The position numbers were made by a program, and so were the translations under genes. Below are positions 23,401 through 34,955 of a DNA stretch of 64,000 nt, one piece after another. The notes under the pieces are model-generated. The model was not told where the DNA came from. It did no database searches and saw only the letters and a list, made by a program, of their open reading frames with translations. Each line of letters starts with the position of its first letter. The first letter of the stretch is position 1. The stretch comes from Vicugna vicugna (Eukaryota): assembly GCA_013265495.1 (NCBI GenBank), contig MU062317.1, positions 1,858,229 through 1,922,228 on the forward strand. Reading direction: 5' to 3'.

Positions 23401-24880
23401 AGAAAGCATCCAAAGCAGCGGTGACGGTTACACGGCCTTGCAGCCCCCCCGGGATGGTGCGGCGGTGGGTCAGAGAGCAGGAGGGAGGGCGGGCGGAAAA
23501 AAAAGGTTCAGGAAAGCTCAGTCTTTGAGGCTGAGTGATACTTCCTGGCGGAGGGCAAGAGAGGGCCAAGAACGTCCTGAGCAAAGGGACTTTTGTATCT
23601 TACTCTCTTTCTTTTTGAAAAATGTGCGATGACACGTCTGGAGATGACAGTGAGAATGGTGTCAGTGTAAGCCCCTTGCTGTACACCGTCCAGCCGGTTC
23701 CTGACCTCTGCCTCAGGTATCTTTTCTGTAACTTTACAGAACTGGAATCACAAGGAATGAAGGTGACAGCACCCACTCATCGGGTGCCTGGGGGCCATCA
23801 GATGGTACGTGTAAGTGCTCAGCAACATGGCATCTGGCGTGTAGCGAGTACTTGATTAATTTATTGTTGATTAAAAGTAATTTTACCTGTGTCTTTTTTC
23901 CAGATATACTTCAGAATCCAGTTGGGGGTGAGAGCGCGGCGGTTTAGTTGCCCGACACGATGGGTGTGCTCGAGCTCACTCAGTGACTGCTGTGAGACTT
24001 GGGCGAGGAGCGCAGCGGCGGTGCGGCCTGGCCTCGCGGGGAGGGGTTCCGCCGTGTGGGGCGTCACTACCGAGTCAGGTGCGCTGGCCACCGCGCCTCA
24101 GGGCCGGCAGGGGCAGAGAAGGTGGTCCTGGCTCCTGGATCTCGAGTTCCAGGTGTGACCCCCCGCTCCGAGGAGACGGTCCTCGGGTGGCGTCCTGGAC
24201 TGTGTGTGTCTTTATTCTGACCTGAGGCTGGTGGTTCTGAGTGTACAGTTCTTGTCTGGAATTAGGTTAAGACGTTGCTCTGTGTGCTTTCAGTTCCCAC
24301 TGTTGCTGTTGAGAAACCAGATGCTGGTGATTCTTGATCCTTTGTGTATCAGCAGTTTTTTCCGTCTGGGGACTTTGAGGACCTGGCTTTTGCGTGGGTG
24401 CTCTGAAGTGTGATGTATCCTGGTAACCTGTCTCCCCTTGTCCGCTATGCTGGGCCTTTGGTGCAGCTTTTCAGTCTGGAAGCCTAGGTAGTTCAGGAGG
24501 GGAACATCAGCTCTGTAAGCAGGTGGTGTTTTAGTTACGCCTCTTTATTTCTGCATTGAATTTAAAGTGCTCTGAGCGTGTAGCTGCTGTTACTCATTTT
24601 TCTGTTCTGATGTATTTCCCCGGCTGTGTCTCCCTGTGTCTCCCCCAGAAGCGTGTCGCACGTTCAGCGTTCCTGCTGTGCTTGACGGCAGTTACTTTTT
24701 GTTGCAGAGCTTGAGTGAGTCACCTGGGTGGACCTAAGCTGAGGGGAGCTGGAGGCCTGTCTGCTTAGGTCAGGTCGCACAGTTCCTGCCCTTCAGTGAA
24801 AAGAAGGAATTTCCCCATAACTTTACCCCGGAAGATTTACTGCATGCCATGTGCAGACCACAGTGAAGCCCTCCCCCCCA

Positions 24881-25000
24881 TATTTTGGGGGAGGTAATTA
24901 GATTTGTTTATTTATGTATTTGATGTCAGTGCTGGGGATTGAACCCACGACGTCGTGCATGCTAGGGCATGTGCTCTACCACTGAGCTATACCCTACCCC
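24881..25000 (-). mobile_element. Vic-1-like SINE
   Basis: GTGCTGGGGATTGAACCC..GTGCATGCTAG..CTCTACCACTGAGCTATACCC, the reverse complement of the head, preceded by the GGGGAGGTAATTAG tail. Confidence 0.87.
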
Positions 25001-26899
25001 TAAGTTTTTTTAACCTTGTAATGAGCACAAGAAAATACAGGGTAATTAAAAAAACATCTGAAGGTGGTTAGAATTTACTGTTAAGCAGCCAGGGTGTTAG
25101 CCAGAATGGTTCTGTGTGGTCGCACCTGCCTCTTCTGTCCCCGGCACACCTCAACTTGAACTGGATTCATCCCAGGCTTTGATGGTGAAGCTGCAGCCCT
25201 GCTGTGTCCTTTCATTTTCTCGGTATTTGAGAAAGAGACGGTACAAACACAAGAGTCTTGATGTGTCACCGTGTGAAGTCATTGCGTGGTGTGCTCCGGA
25301 AATCCGACCGGCGGTGCCCCGCAGTCAGGTGGTGGTGTGTCCACAACTCCCAGTGTGGCATCTGGGGGTGCTTGTCATGAAGCCTCCGGACACATGGAAG
25401 CGGGGCAGAGCCCGGCCTGCTGGGGACTGGCCGCGGGCGCGGCAGAAACAAAGTGAAGGCCCGTCGGTAACTCAGACCGAGGCGGCCGCAAGCCTGTCTT
25501 CAGCTTCACGTGAGTCTGAATTTCCAGCTCCCAGCTCCCAGCAGGTGTGAGGGGAGTACTTGTCTTCTTGGGCTGATAACTTTTGAGAAGAATATTCTGG
25601 TGTCATAAGGTTAGGGCAGCTTAACCGCTGAAGCAGTTGGGAGCTGGTGGTGCCCTGAGCAGTACCAAGCCCGCAGGCAGCTCGCTGGGCTCAGGACCGG
25701 CTCCCAGGCCCCCTTGTCTAGAAGGCAGCCCTGGCAGTGGGGGCTGCCCTGCGAGCGAAGGAGAGTGGCACTGCGGTGGCCAAATGAAAAGGCGGAGCAG
25801 CAGTGGACTGGGCCGGTGAGGCACCCGAGAGCTGTGGGCCGCAAACCGGGCCCGGCTTCCCTGCTGGAGCAGCCCCTCCACCCAGGGAGCTGCCACGTCC
25901 AGTTCACCACAGGGTTTCAGCCGTTAGTCGCACAATCTGTATTCTGGTTTAAAAAAAAAAAAGACTAGATTTCCTTAATTTTCCATACTGACAGCCCACC
26001 TGAAGGAGGCTGTGCCCGTCCCTAGGCATGGATGTGGTTCCTTTGGTTTCTGTTGTCCTCTGGTACCCAGTGAAAATTGTGAGGGCCACGAGAGGCGCCG
26101 GGCTGTTGAGAGGTGAGCCGGTGGTGGAGCGGACAGGGCCGCGCAGGGACCGGGGCCGCCCTGGAGCCAAACTCGGAGTCAGCAGCGGAACACTGCGGAA
26201 AATCCCGGTATTTGGAAATTAAATAAGTCAGGGATGACATCATAAGGGAAACTTGAAAATATTTTAATGTGAATGAAAGTGAAAACAAAACTCCACATTC
26301 GTGGGGCGTAGTGAGCGCAGTGCTCGTTGGGAATGTGTGGAACTCGGTGCTTCCTGCAGAAGACAGGCGGCCTCACCCGTCTGCGCTTGAGCACGCTGAC
26401 CTCAAAACACAGAGGGAGGAGCAGAGTCTCATGAAATTGAAAACAGAAACACAGTAGAGAAAAACCAGTGAAACTGAAGACTGGTCCTGGGAAAAAATTG
26501 CAGTAATAAACCTCTGGCCAGCCTGAGAACAATAACACTTAAAACATTGTCAAAATGAAGAAAATTAGTTAAACATGAAAATTAAAAAGTATATATTCAT
26601 CTATTTAAAAGGCGCACTTTTAAAAACCAAAATGCATTGATTGTGTCGTTAAGGCCGTGCACACGTGTCGTGTCGTGCCAGGTTCTCCAGTTACTAAAGA
26701 GGCTTTTCCTTACTGTTGGTTAGTGGAAAAGTAAAAGAAAAAAGTCATAAAATACAGTAATTTTCTCTCACTTTGTCTTCAAGTCATCGCGTCTTTTGTT
26801 TGATGACGGCAGCGTTTTTAGAAAATGTGTATTTGCCCTTTGTTGGCGTTTAGTTTTGGAGAAGTTCTGAAGCTACAGGAAGCTGAGGGTAGGTCAGTG

Positions 26900-27530
26900 G
26901 GCGTGTGTAGCTTCACCAAGATTCAGTAACTTGCCACTTCGGCGGCCACGTTTCCTTTCTCTTCTCTCTGTGTGCTTCTTGTACATGGATGTCGTGGTCC
27001 TTTACCCCTTTGCAAGTCCAGCCTGTCTCAAGAACAAGGATGTTCTGTGTATCCGCAGCCGTTTCCTTGTACCCCCGAACCTCAGCACTGATCCAGTAAC
27101 GCCCAGTCCAAGTCCACGCTGAAGTTTCTTGAGTTTTCTTCAGAATGTCTCCCTTCCCTTTTTTCAAATTCAGGACTGAAATCAGGTTCTTGTGTGTGTT
27201 TTGTGTCGTGGTCACGACTCCCAGGGCTCACGCATCCAGAGTGGTCTTCACGCCGTGCCTGTCGTGACAGTGACCTTTTTGGAGAGTTCAGGTCAGTTTC
27301 CTGTAACGTCTCACACTCGAGATCTTTGTAACTTGTTTCCTCACGGCTGGATGAGGCCGAGTGTTTTTGGCAGGAATGCCCCTCTGGTGGCCTGTGCTTC
27401 TCATTCTGTCGCATCGTGCTGGTTTGTTCCGACACTGGTGACACTACGTGTAATCGCTTGATTCCAGGTGGTGCCCACCGGATCTGCTCATTGTAATAGT
27501 TTCTTTTTCGATGGTCAGGAGATGATCTGT
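26900..27530 (-). mobile_element. Old LINE-1 3' UTR fragment (L1MC/L1ME-like)
   Basis: CACCAAGATTCA..AACAAGGATGTTCT..CAAATTCAGGACTGAAATCAGG..CTGCTCATTGTAA; heavily decayed. Confidence 0.5.
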
Positions 27531-28864
27531 GAGTGATGCTTCCAGTCCTGGGGAGTGTCTTGTAACTTCATGCACTGTCACCCACCACCTTCAGCACCAC
27601 GGAAGGTCTGCCTGCGTCCGTGGCTGCTCTGGAGGCCCCAGGTGGTGGTTTTCCAAGTCTGTCGCCCCTTCTGCGTTTGTTTGCATTTCTCTGTAAAGAA
27701 AGGCTTTTTCCTTTCTTGTTTCTCTGTTGTATGTATCTGTTATTATTGTGACTCTTCAGTAACTAATACTCTGTTACAGTTATCACTCCTTTTACCTTCA
27801 CATTTATTCCTGAACTTGGCCGGGGCCTCCTTCACATGGTCGTTTCATCACGTTGTCCTTTCACGTGCTGTCTCTTCAGGACGCTTCTGTACTAGAGAAT
27901 TACGCAGAAGTGAGACGTCTGCTGTGCCTCTGACGCGCCCCCAGTCCTTTATGCAAAGTTCCGAGGACTGGGTGTGTTGTGACCCCTCTCAGGGTTTAGA
28001 GAGAGACTGGTGCCAGTGTCGCACACACACAGTGCCCCCTGCGGATTATACTCAGACACCTCCCAGCACGTGTTAGAATCCACACGTATCCACGCTGAAG
28101 AGGATGCAGACTACAGCCCTCGTGTGTGTCCGGTCTGCTTTGGGACCTGAGAGGTGCAGATGAGCAGTGGTGCGCCCGTGTACTCCTGCTGTCTTGAGGC
28201 TTTGGGGACATGGAGGACCTCATTCCCCACACGAGTGCCTCTGCTTTACTTGAAATGGTGGTGCCGCCAGTGAAGGGGCTTTCTAGGTGTGTCTTAAGAG
28301 GATTTCAGTTTTTAGATTTTGAAAAATACTGAAATAACAATCCTCATACAAACACTGTGTGGTACTGAAAGCCTCATGATGTGCTGGGATGTGTGTGTGC
28401 AGAGAAGCTCATCGTGGGAACAGTTAGCGCTGCTGCACTGACAGCTACACTGAAGCAGAACGTAGGTTGGTTGATTTTATCCAGAGCCTTAAAAAAGTGC
28501 AAAATCTTTGACATAATTATTCCACCTTGAGAAACTGCTCTAAGGGTTTTAACATGATGCAGCTGCAGGAGCAGAGCCTCCTGGGTGATAGGGCACCGTG
28601 GTGCGCGCGGTCTTTAAGATGGCAGAGTCCTCCGGCTGTCGTCCAGTGGCCTCTGTGCTTTGGGCTGGGAGACAGGGCCGGACAGACTCCGATCAGCACC
28701 TGCTTTCACCTCTGACCCCGGGGCAGGAGGCAGCCGCATGCCCTGCCTCAGCTCTGCTCGCTGAGCGGCGGAGCCCAGTCCTGTGGGTGTGGCTCCAGGA
28801 CTTTGCCCGTGTCACAAAGGCCCATGTGAAACTGTCGCCCTTTTTGTGACCTGGAGTAAGTTGG

Positions 28865-29060
28865 TGTATGGTTGTGTTAGTTTCAGGGGTACTGCGTGGT
28901 GACATTTGCCTGGTGACATTTGCATACGTTGTGAAATGATCCCCATGGTAAGTCTGGGAACCCTCTGGCCCCACGCGGTTACTGCAGTGTTACTGACCGT
29001 GTTCCTTGTGTTGTGCGTCACATCCCACGTCTTACTTGTTTCGTAACTGGAGGTTTATAG
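28865..29060 (-). mobile_element. LINE-1 3' UTR fragment (L1MA-like)
   Basis: GTGTTAGTTTCAGGGGTAC..GTGAAATGATCCCCATGGTAAGTCT..GTAACTGGAGGTTT; same family as 4870-5155. Confidence 0.68.
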
Positions 29061-29077
29061 AAACTAGCCCTTCTTAG

Positions 29078-29190
29078 TTTTTTGGGGGGTAATTAGGTTT
29101 ATTTATTTACCTGATGGAGGTGCTGGGGATTGAACCCAGAACCTGATGCATGCTAAGTACATGCTCCACCGCTGAGCTACACCCCACCCC
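29078..29190 (-). mobile_element. Vic-1-like SINE
   Basis: GGAGGTGCTGGGGATTGAACCCAGAACC..TGCATGCTAAG..GCTGAGCTACACCCC. Confidence 0.87.
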
Positions 29191-29384
29191 GACTCCAGGC
29201 TTTCACACTGAGTAATCGGTGGAAGCCCTGAGCCTGCCTCCCTAGGAGCTCGCCTCAGACGGTTCAGGGGAAGGTGAGCACTGACCTCCAGCTCCCAAAC
29301 CCACACCCACACCCACAGGTTTCGTTTGTTATTTTAGGTATCTGTAACAGCACTTTTTCCTGCCCCTACCCACCCCCCAATAAA

Positions 29385-29950
29385 ATTTATATAGCAAAAC
29401 CTTTTTAAAGTGAACAGCTCAGTGGCATTTTAATATATTCCGTGTTGTGCAACCACTGCTTTTACCTAATTCAAGAACATTTCGTCACCCCAGGAGGAGC
29501 CCCGTGTCCTTTGAGCCGTTGTTCACTGCACACAGAGCCCCTGGCGACCACTGCGTTCTGTCTGTGTTCTGGGTAGTTCATTTAAATAGGATTGCAGGCT
29601 GTGTGACCTTCTGTGTCTGGCTTCATCACGCAGCAGTGTCTTCAGGGGCCCTCTGTGTGAGTCTGTCAGTGCTTCATCCCTGTTATGGGTGAACAGTCCT
29701 CTGTGGTGTGGGCGCCCCGCGTTGCCTTCTCTCTTCATCCACGGGCGGACTTTCGGGCTGTTGCTGCCTTTTGGCGATCACGAATGGTGCTACTGTGAAC
29801 ATGCGTGTCCACCTGTTGAGTCCCTGTTTTCCGTTCTCCTGAGAACATAGCTGGGAGTGGAGTTGCTGGCCACACGGTGACTCTGTGCTCCATTTACTTT
29901 CTGAGGAGCCACCAGACTTTTCTTCGCACACCCACTTCCACTGCCAGAGA
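29385..29950 (-). mobile_element. LINE-1 3' fragment (L1MB-like)
   Basis: TTTAAAGTGAACAGCTCAGTGGCATTTT..GTGCAACCAC..GTGACCTTCTGTGTCTGGCTTC..GGAGTGGAGTTGCTGG. Confidence 0.75.
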
Positions 29951-30836
29951 AGCGTGTGTTTGCCTGTAACATAAACTGCGTACTTCCTTAGTAAACCTGT
30001 TTTGTTAAATAAGTTAGTAATAAGTAAGTAAATTCACAGTTCAGCTGGGGGACATTTCAGCTTGCTGACGCCTCTCGTGGCCCCCAGGTGAGACGCGTGC
30101 ACGTGAGTGTGAACGTGGTAGGCAGGGGACTAATCAGCAGGCAGGTGAGAACCTGTGCGATGTCCAGAAGTGGTCTTTTCACACTGGGTGTGATTTGGAG
30201 ACATTACCAAAGCATCTTTAAAGATACTGAAGCCTCATTTCTGGGGAAGGACAAGGAGATATTTCAGAAGAAATCTGGAGTTAAGTATGTTTTGTGCGGG
30301 CTGCAGTATGCTGAGTGGCAAGTCCAAAGGCTTCGCTGTGATGTCTTCTGCTCCCGCGGCCTGGACCCTGGGGTCACAGCTTTGGGTGACACTGTGGTGA
30401 CTGGGTGGCTGGAGGACTGGCCCTGGCTGGCACTCAGGAGACGCCCAGGGGCTCCTTTGAGATTCAGATGAGATCTCCTGCCTGCCAGAGGGCAAGTCTG
30501 GGTGAGACCACTCTTAGAGCTTCTTGAGTGACAGTGATTTTTCTGTTGTTACAGGAGTCTGAACACCCCTTCGCCCGATACTTTTCAAGGTTTAATTCAA
30601 GGTATTTTCCCTGAGGCATTTCTAAGAATTTTTAAAAAGAAATTTAGATCAGATTTCTTCTTTTTTTCCACACTGAGAAACTAAACACCAGTTAATACGA
30701 ATTACTAATAAATAAAGCGACTTGGAGACAAGAAATGGTGACAGGGAGGGGGTTGATTTATGTGCTTCTCAAAATGTATGAAATATTGTGCCTCACAGCC
30801 CGAATCAATGCAAATACGGCCTTTTCTCTGTTGCAG

Positions 30837-30885
30837 ACACTTTTACATGTTTTGGAGACCAGACCAGAAGCACTTCTGAATTAAG
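30837..30885 (+). other. GNB1: GNB1 non-coding exon 2 (49 nt, 5' UTR)
   Basis: Acceptor cttttctctgttgcag|ACAC, donor AAG|gtaatt. Length and sequence (..ACATGT..TGGAGACCAGACCAGAAG..CTTCTGAATTAAG) match the human GNB1 5' UTR exon as I recall it. Confidence 0.88.
30847..30879 (+). CDS. Upstream ORF in exon 2, MFWRPDQKHF* (10 aa)
   Basis: ATG TTT TGG AGA CCA GAC CAG AAG CAC TTC TGA, wholly inside exon 2; weak Kozak context (T at -3, T at +4). Translation is not demonstrated. Confidence 0.65.
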   Translation: MFWRPDQKHF

Positions 30886-31389
30886 GTAATTTTAATGTAA
30901 TTGATCCTTGTCAATTTTTAAAGTAGAATATTTAAATTTCTTTAAGGTTTCTTTTTTAATAACCTGGTTTTTGTTACAGTTTTGCCCATCTCTTTTTTAA
31001 GCCTGGAGTTGGTTTTCAGAACAAATTGACCCAGAGAAGGGTGTTTTCTTTCAAGGCTCGTTCCCATGTTCCGCAGAAGGGGTTAAGGTCCTGGAGATGA
31101 TGGTTCCCGTTCTGGAGAATAAAATCTCTCCAGCTTCTTTCACTGAAAGCAGGAGAGCGAGCCCCTTTTCCAAATCAGATCTTAGCTGGGAATCCAGCAG
31201 ATGATACAGATAAAGGTGAGGCCACACAATTGAAACAGAAATGCCAATGTTTGTGTATAGTGGAGGTGACAGAGCAGGGGTGTCACAGTTAGGGGTGGAG
31301 AAGCTGGACGAGGGCATCCAGTTCTTTGTATTGTTCTTGCAACTCTTTGTACGTTGAAAGACTTTAAAATGAAGATGCAAAACTAAATT

Positions 31390-32740
31390 GAATGAATTAG
31401 GTGCTTGAACAGTTGGGTATCCGTATGGAAGAGGTGTACGTGACACCACGGATGAAAATTAACTCAAAGTGAATCGTGGACTTACATCCAGTGCTAGAAA
31501 ACCTCTCAAAGAAACAAAACATTGAGACTTCGGGTTCGGGAGAGATTTCTTAATGACATCAAAGACAGTCCATTAAAGAGAATGCATAAATGGGATTTCA
31601 TCAAGTTTAAAAATTCTCCTTCAAAGATACAGTTAAGAGAATGAAAAGACAAGCCACAGACTGGCAGAAAATGTTAGCGGATCACATGTCTTTTGGGTAA
31701 CTTGTGTCCAGAATAAGTAAAGAGCTCTCAAAGTTCAGTATTAAAAAAAGCACCCCCCGCAAGAAGCCAGTGATTGGATCAGACGCTTCACCAGAGAGTA
31801 AATACATAGAGAGAGCAGATAAGCACCTGAGAAGACAATCGCAGTCACCAGCCACCAGGGAGACGCTACTCAGCCCAGAAAAGGACGACCCGAGCCGCTT
31901 GCAGCAACGGGTGGACCTGGAGGGCATGATGCCGAGTGAAACAGGTCAGAGAAAGACAAATGCTGTGTGACGTCACTTATCTGTGGAATGCAGGAAATGC
32001 AGCAAACTAGTGAATAAGACCGAAAGGAAGCAGACGCACAGATGCCGAGAACAAATCAGTGGTTACCCTCGGGGAGAGGGAAGGGGCGGTGAAGTAGGGG
32101 TGAGGGGGACGGGGTGGGTACGGGATTGTAGGAGATCATGTGTGTAAAACTTCTGAAAACTATGAAGCACTGTAGAATTTAAAGAATCTTTCCATTAAAA
32201 AAAAGACACAGTGAGACACCGCTAACCATTTCTTAACAGTGGCTGAAATTAGAAAGACTGACCACACCACGTGCTGACGAGAGTGTGGGGGCTGGGCTCT
32301 CCTCGCCGATGGTGGGATGAGAAAAACAGTCTGGCAGCATCTTAGCGTGTTACCTGTGTGCTGGCCGTGTAGACCCGGCCGGTCCACTCCCGGGTGCTCA
32401 CCCTGGAGAAGCGAAAGCCCGTTTCATAGGGAAGCCCTGTAGATGCAGCAGCTGGCTGAGCGCTGAGGGAGCCGAGTCAGACCTGAAGGTACGTGCTGTG
32501 TGATTCCATGAGTATGAAATTCTAGATGAGAACTTACGTGTGGTGACAGAAGCAGATTCGTGGTTGCCCGGGGTGGGGGTGGGATTTCAGAGGGGCAGGA
32601 GGAGGCTTTTGGGTGGGGATCTGTCCCTTAGCTGAGGCGGTGGTCTCAGAGGTGTTGAGTGTGTCAGAATGTATCAGGTCATACCTGTTCATTGTGTTAC
32701 TGAGCTTCCATACAGATATTTTTAAAACTAAGTGAGCAGT
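31390..32740 (+). mobile_element. Composite LINE-1: older ORF2/3' fragment interrupted by a second L1 3' end (about 31870-32204)
   Basis: ORF2-like AAAATTAACTCAAAGTGAAT..AGAGAATGAAAAGACAAGCCACAGACTGG..CACCAGGGAGACGC is broken by an L1 3' UTR ending TTAAAAAAAA (32197-32204), then resumes at CACAGTGAGACACC. Confidence 0.72.
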
Positions 32741-33949
32741 TAGCACGTGAGCAGGTCTCCCCTCTTCCTGGTGAGCCCCTGTGTCACCTGGCGGCCAGCG
32801 TTGCCCGTGGTCTTGAGCTGTGCAGAAGGGCCTGCCCTGCTGATGGGGTGACAGTGTGGCAGGTGGAGGAGGAGGTTGTTCCGGTTGAAAGTCGTGTTAC
32901 TGCTTTGACAACAGGTCGTGTTCAGTGAGCGTTTGCTGTGGTTCAGTCGGGTATTGAAGACTGTGCGTGGGTCCTCACCAGGCCCCGCAGCGTGTGAGGC
33001 GGCTGTCGCTCTGTCCACTTTCACACTGAGATCCCAGCCGGAGACGTGCTAGCAACTTACTGGAGGCCCCTGGGGATGAGAGTCAGCACTGAGGCCCGCA
33101 TGTGCACCCTCAGCCGTGGGGCATGCAAAGGCACGTGGGGAGCCCAGGGTGATCGCCGTCGTATGCGGGGGGTGCATGTGGAGCTGGAGCCTCTCTGCAA
33201 GATGGTGGGGGGAGGGGCAAGTGACCAGAGAGCAGGCATCCCCCAGGCTGGGAGGCTGTGGCCCCTCAAAGGTGTGTGCAGGTTGCCACCCCCAGGCTAT
33301 GGGGTTGGTTTCTGGTCCTCCCGCCTTCCTGCTGCACCTTCCCTCCAGGTGTGTGCCCTCCGTTATGTGTGAAGTTTGGCTCTGAGATAATTAAAGTCTC
33401 AAACGTGGGACTTCCTGCTTGGCCTCAGCAGGTTTGAAGAGGTTGATGCATTGAAGTTCCATCATGAAGTATGTACTAGGCTCTGCGCTCCACCCGGGAA
33501 GCCAGCACAAGCTCACAAAGTTGGAGGGAGGGCAGGAGGGAGGGGCAGGGGGGTTTCACGGCCCATCAACACGAGGGCTCAGGAGAAGGGGTCCCTGGCT
33601 GTTCCCTGCAGTTCCAGGGGTGAGGGGACTCAGAGCTGCTGTCCAGCACGCACTCACCCGCCTCCATCCGGCCCCGAGCGCCCTCTCCCGCACTTTACTG
33701 CCCCTGCTGTGACGACGCCCTTGGTCCCCGTGGCCCACCCCTGGCCCGCGAGGGAATCGGAGCAGGAGGTGCCGCAGAGGAAGCAAAACGAAGTCTGGGA
33801 AAACCTCCTCGTCTCCTCACTTTCTGCTTTGGGGAAACGGGTGTCAGTTCTCTGCAGAGAGAGCCTGGTTCCTGCTCTTCTTAGAGACACGGTGAAGTGG
33901 CTTGGCCCCTGCGTGAATGTCTGCTGTGTGAGGGAGGAGACGGGCGGGC

Positions 33950-34232
33950 AGTGCCAGCCGGGCCGCCACCGTGACCGGGGCACTTGAAATGAGGCTCGCC
34001 CAGGTGGAGCGCAAAATACACCCTAGATTTGAAAACTTCAGTAAGACAAATGAACGTGAAATGTTTCATCTATAATTGTTTTTAATTGATTACATGTTGA
34101 AATAACACTTTTCATATATTGGGTTAAATAAATATATTATTAAAATTAATGATAACCTTTTTTTAATACGGCTGATGGAACATTAAAACTCCCTACGTGG
34201 CTCACATTGTATTCATATTGGACGACATCTGC
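33950..34232 (+). mobile_element. MER33/MER3-like hAT MITE
   Basis: GCACTTGAAATG..AAAATACAC..ATTGATTACATGTTGAAAT..ATATTGGGTTAAATAAA..GTGGCTCACATT..TATTGGAC. Confidence 0.75.
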
Positions 34233-34869
34233 TTAGAGAGCTCGGCTGCTTGGAGGAGACACGTGGGCACTCAGGTGTGCAGGCACTGGGCCCCTGAGCC
34301 CGGAGCAGGTCACACCCGGAAACTAACACCTAAGTAGCAGGCTCACCAGAACCAGCGGCCTCCAGTGGGAAGCAGTTTTAAGATGCTGTGTCTCGAAGCA
34401 GAGACGCTAAGACCTCTTGCCCCTAGTGGGGCACCTGCAGCGGGAAGGAAAAAGCCCTCCACGGGCTAGGTCAGTGTTAACGCCCACTGCGTCACCGTCA
34501 GAGCGCTTGTCCTGGTGGGGGGATGTGTGGGAGCAGGCATTTAGGAGGTGGTCCTTTGACCGTTACCAGCCAGTGACCGATTGCTTAGGTGGAGGGGGCC
34601 TAGGTCAGAGTCATGGTCTTGCTCTTTGTGACTGAACCTCAGGTAGGTTGTGACTCCGTGTCCTCCTGCTGACCACGTGGACAGGTGGGTGGACCTCCTC
34701 CTCAGATGGGTGGACACACGGCGTCACACAGCAGGGGACCCCGAGTCAGCTGCGACCTGGGAGTACTGGGGAGTCACCTCTCCTGTCGTTCTGAGGCCGT
34801 CAGGAGGCCACGTGGTGAAGCCCAGAGCCTTTCCGAACCAGATCCTGAGGGCCACGCTTGTCTGTCACT

Positions 34870-34955
34870 CTTTTAGACTCTGGCTTCTGAGGACAGGGAC
34901 CACGGCGTCTTCTGTCTATGGCAGATGCTCAGTAAACAGGTATGAGTGAAGTGAA
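34870..34955 (+). mobile_element. LINE-2 3' end fragment
   Basis: TGAGGACAGGGACC..GCAGATGCTCAGTAAACAG..TGAGTGAAGTGAA. Confidence 0.55.
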
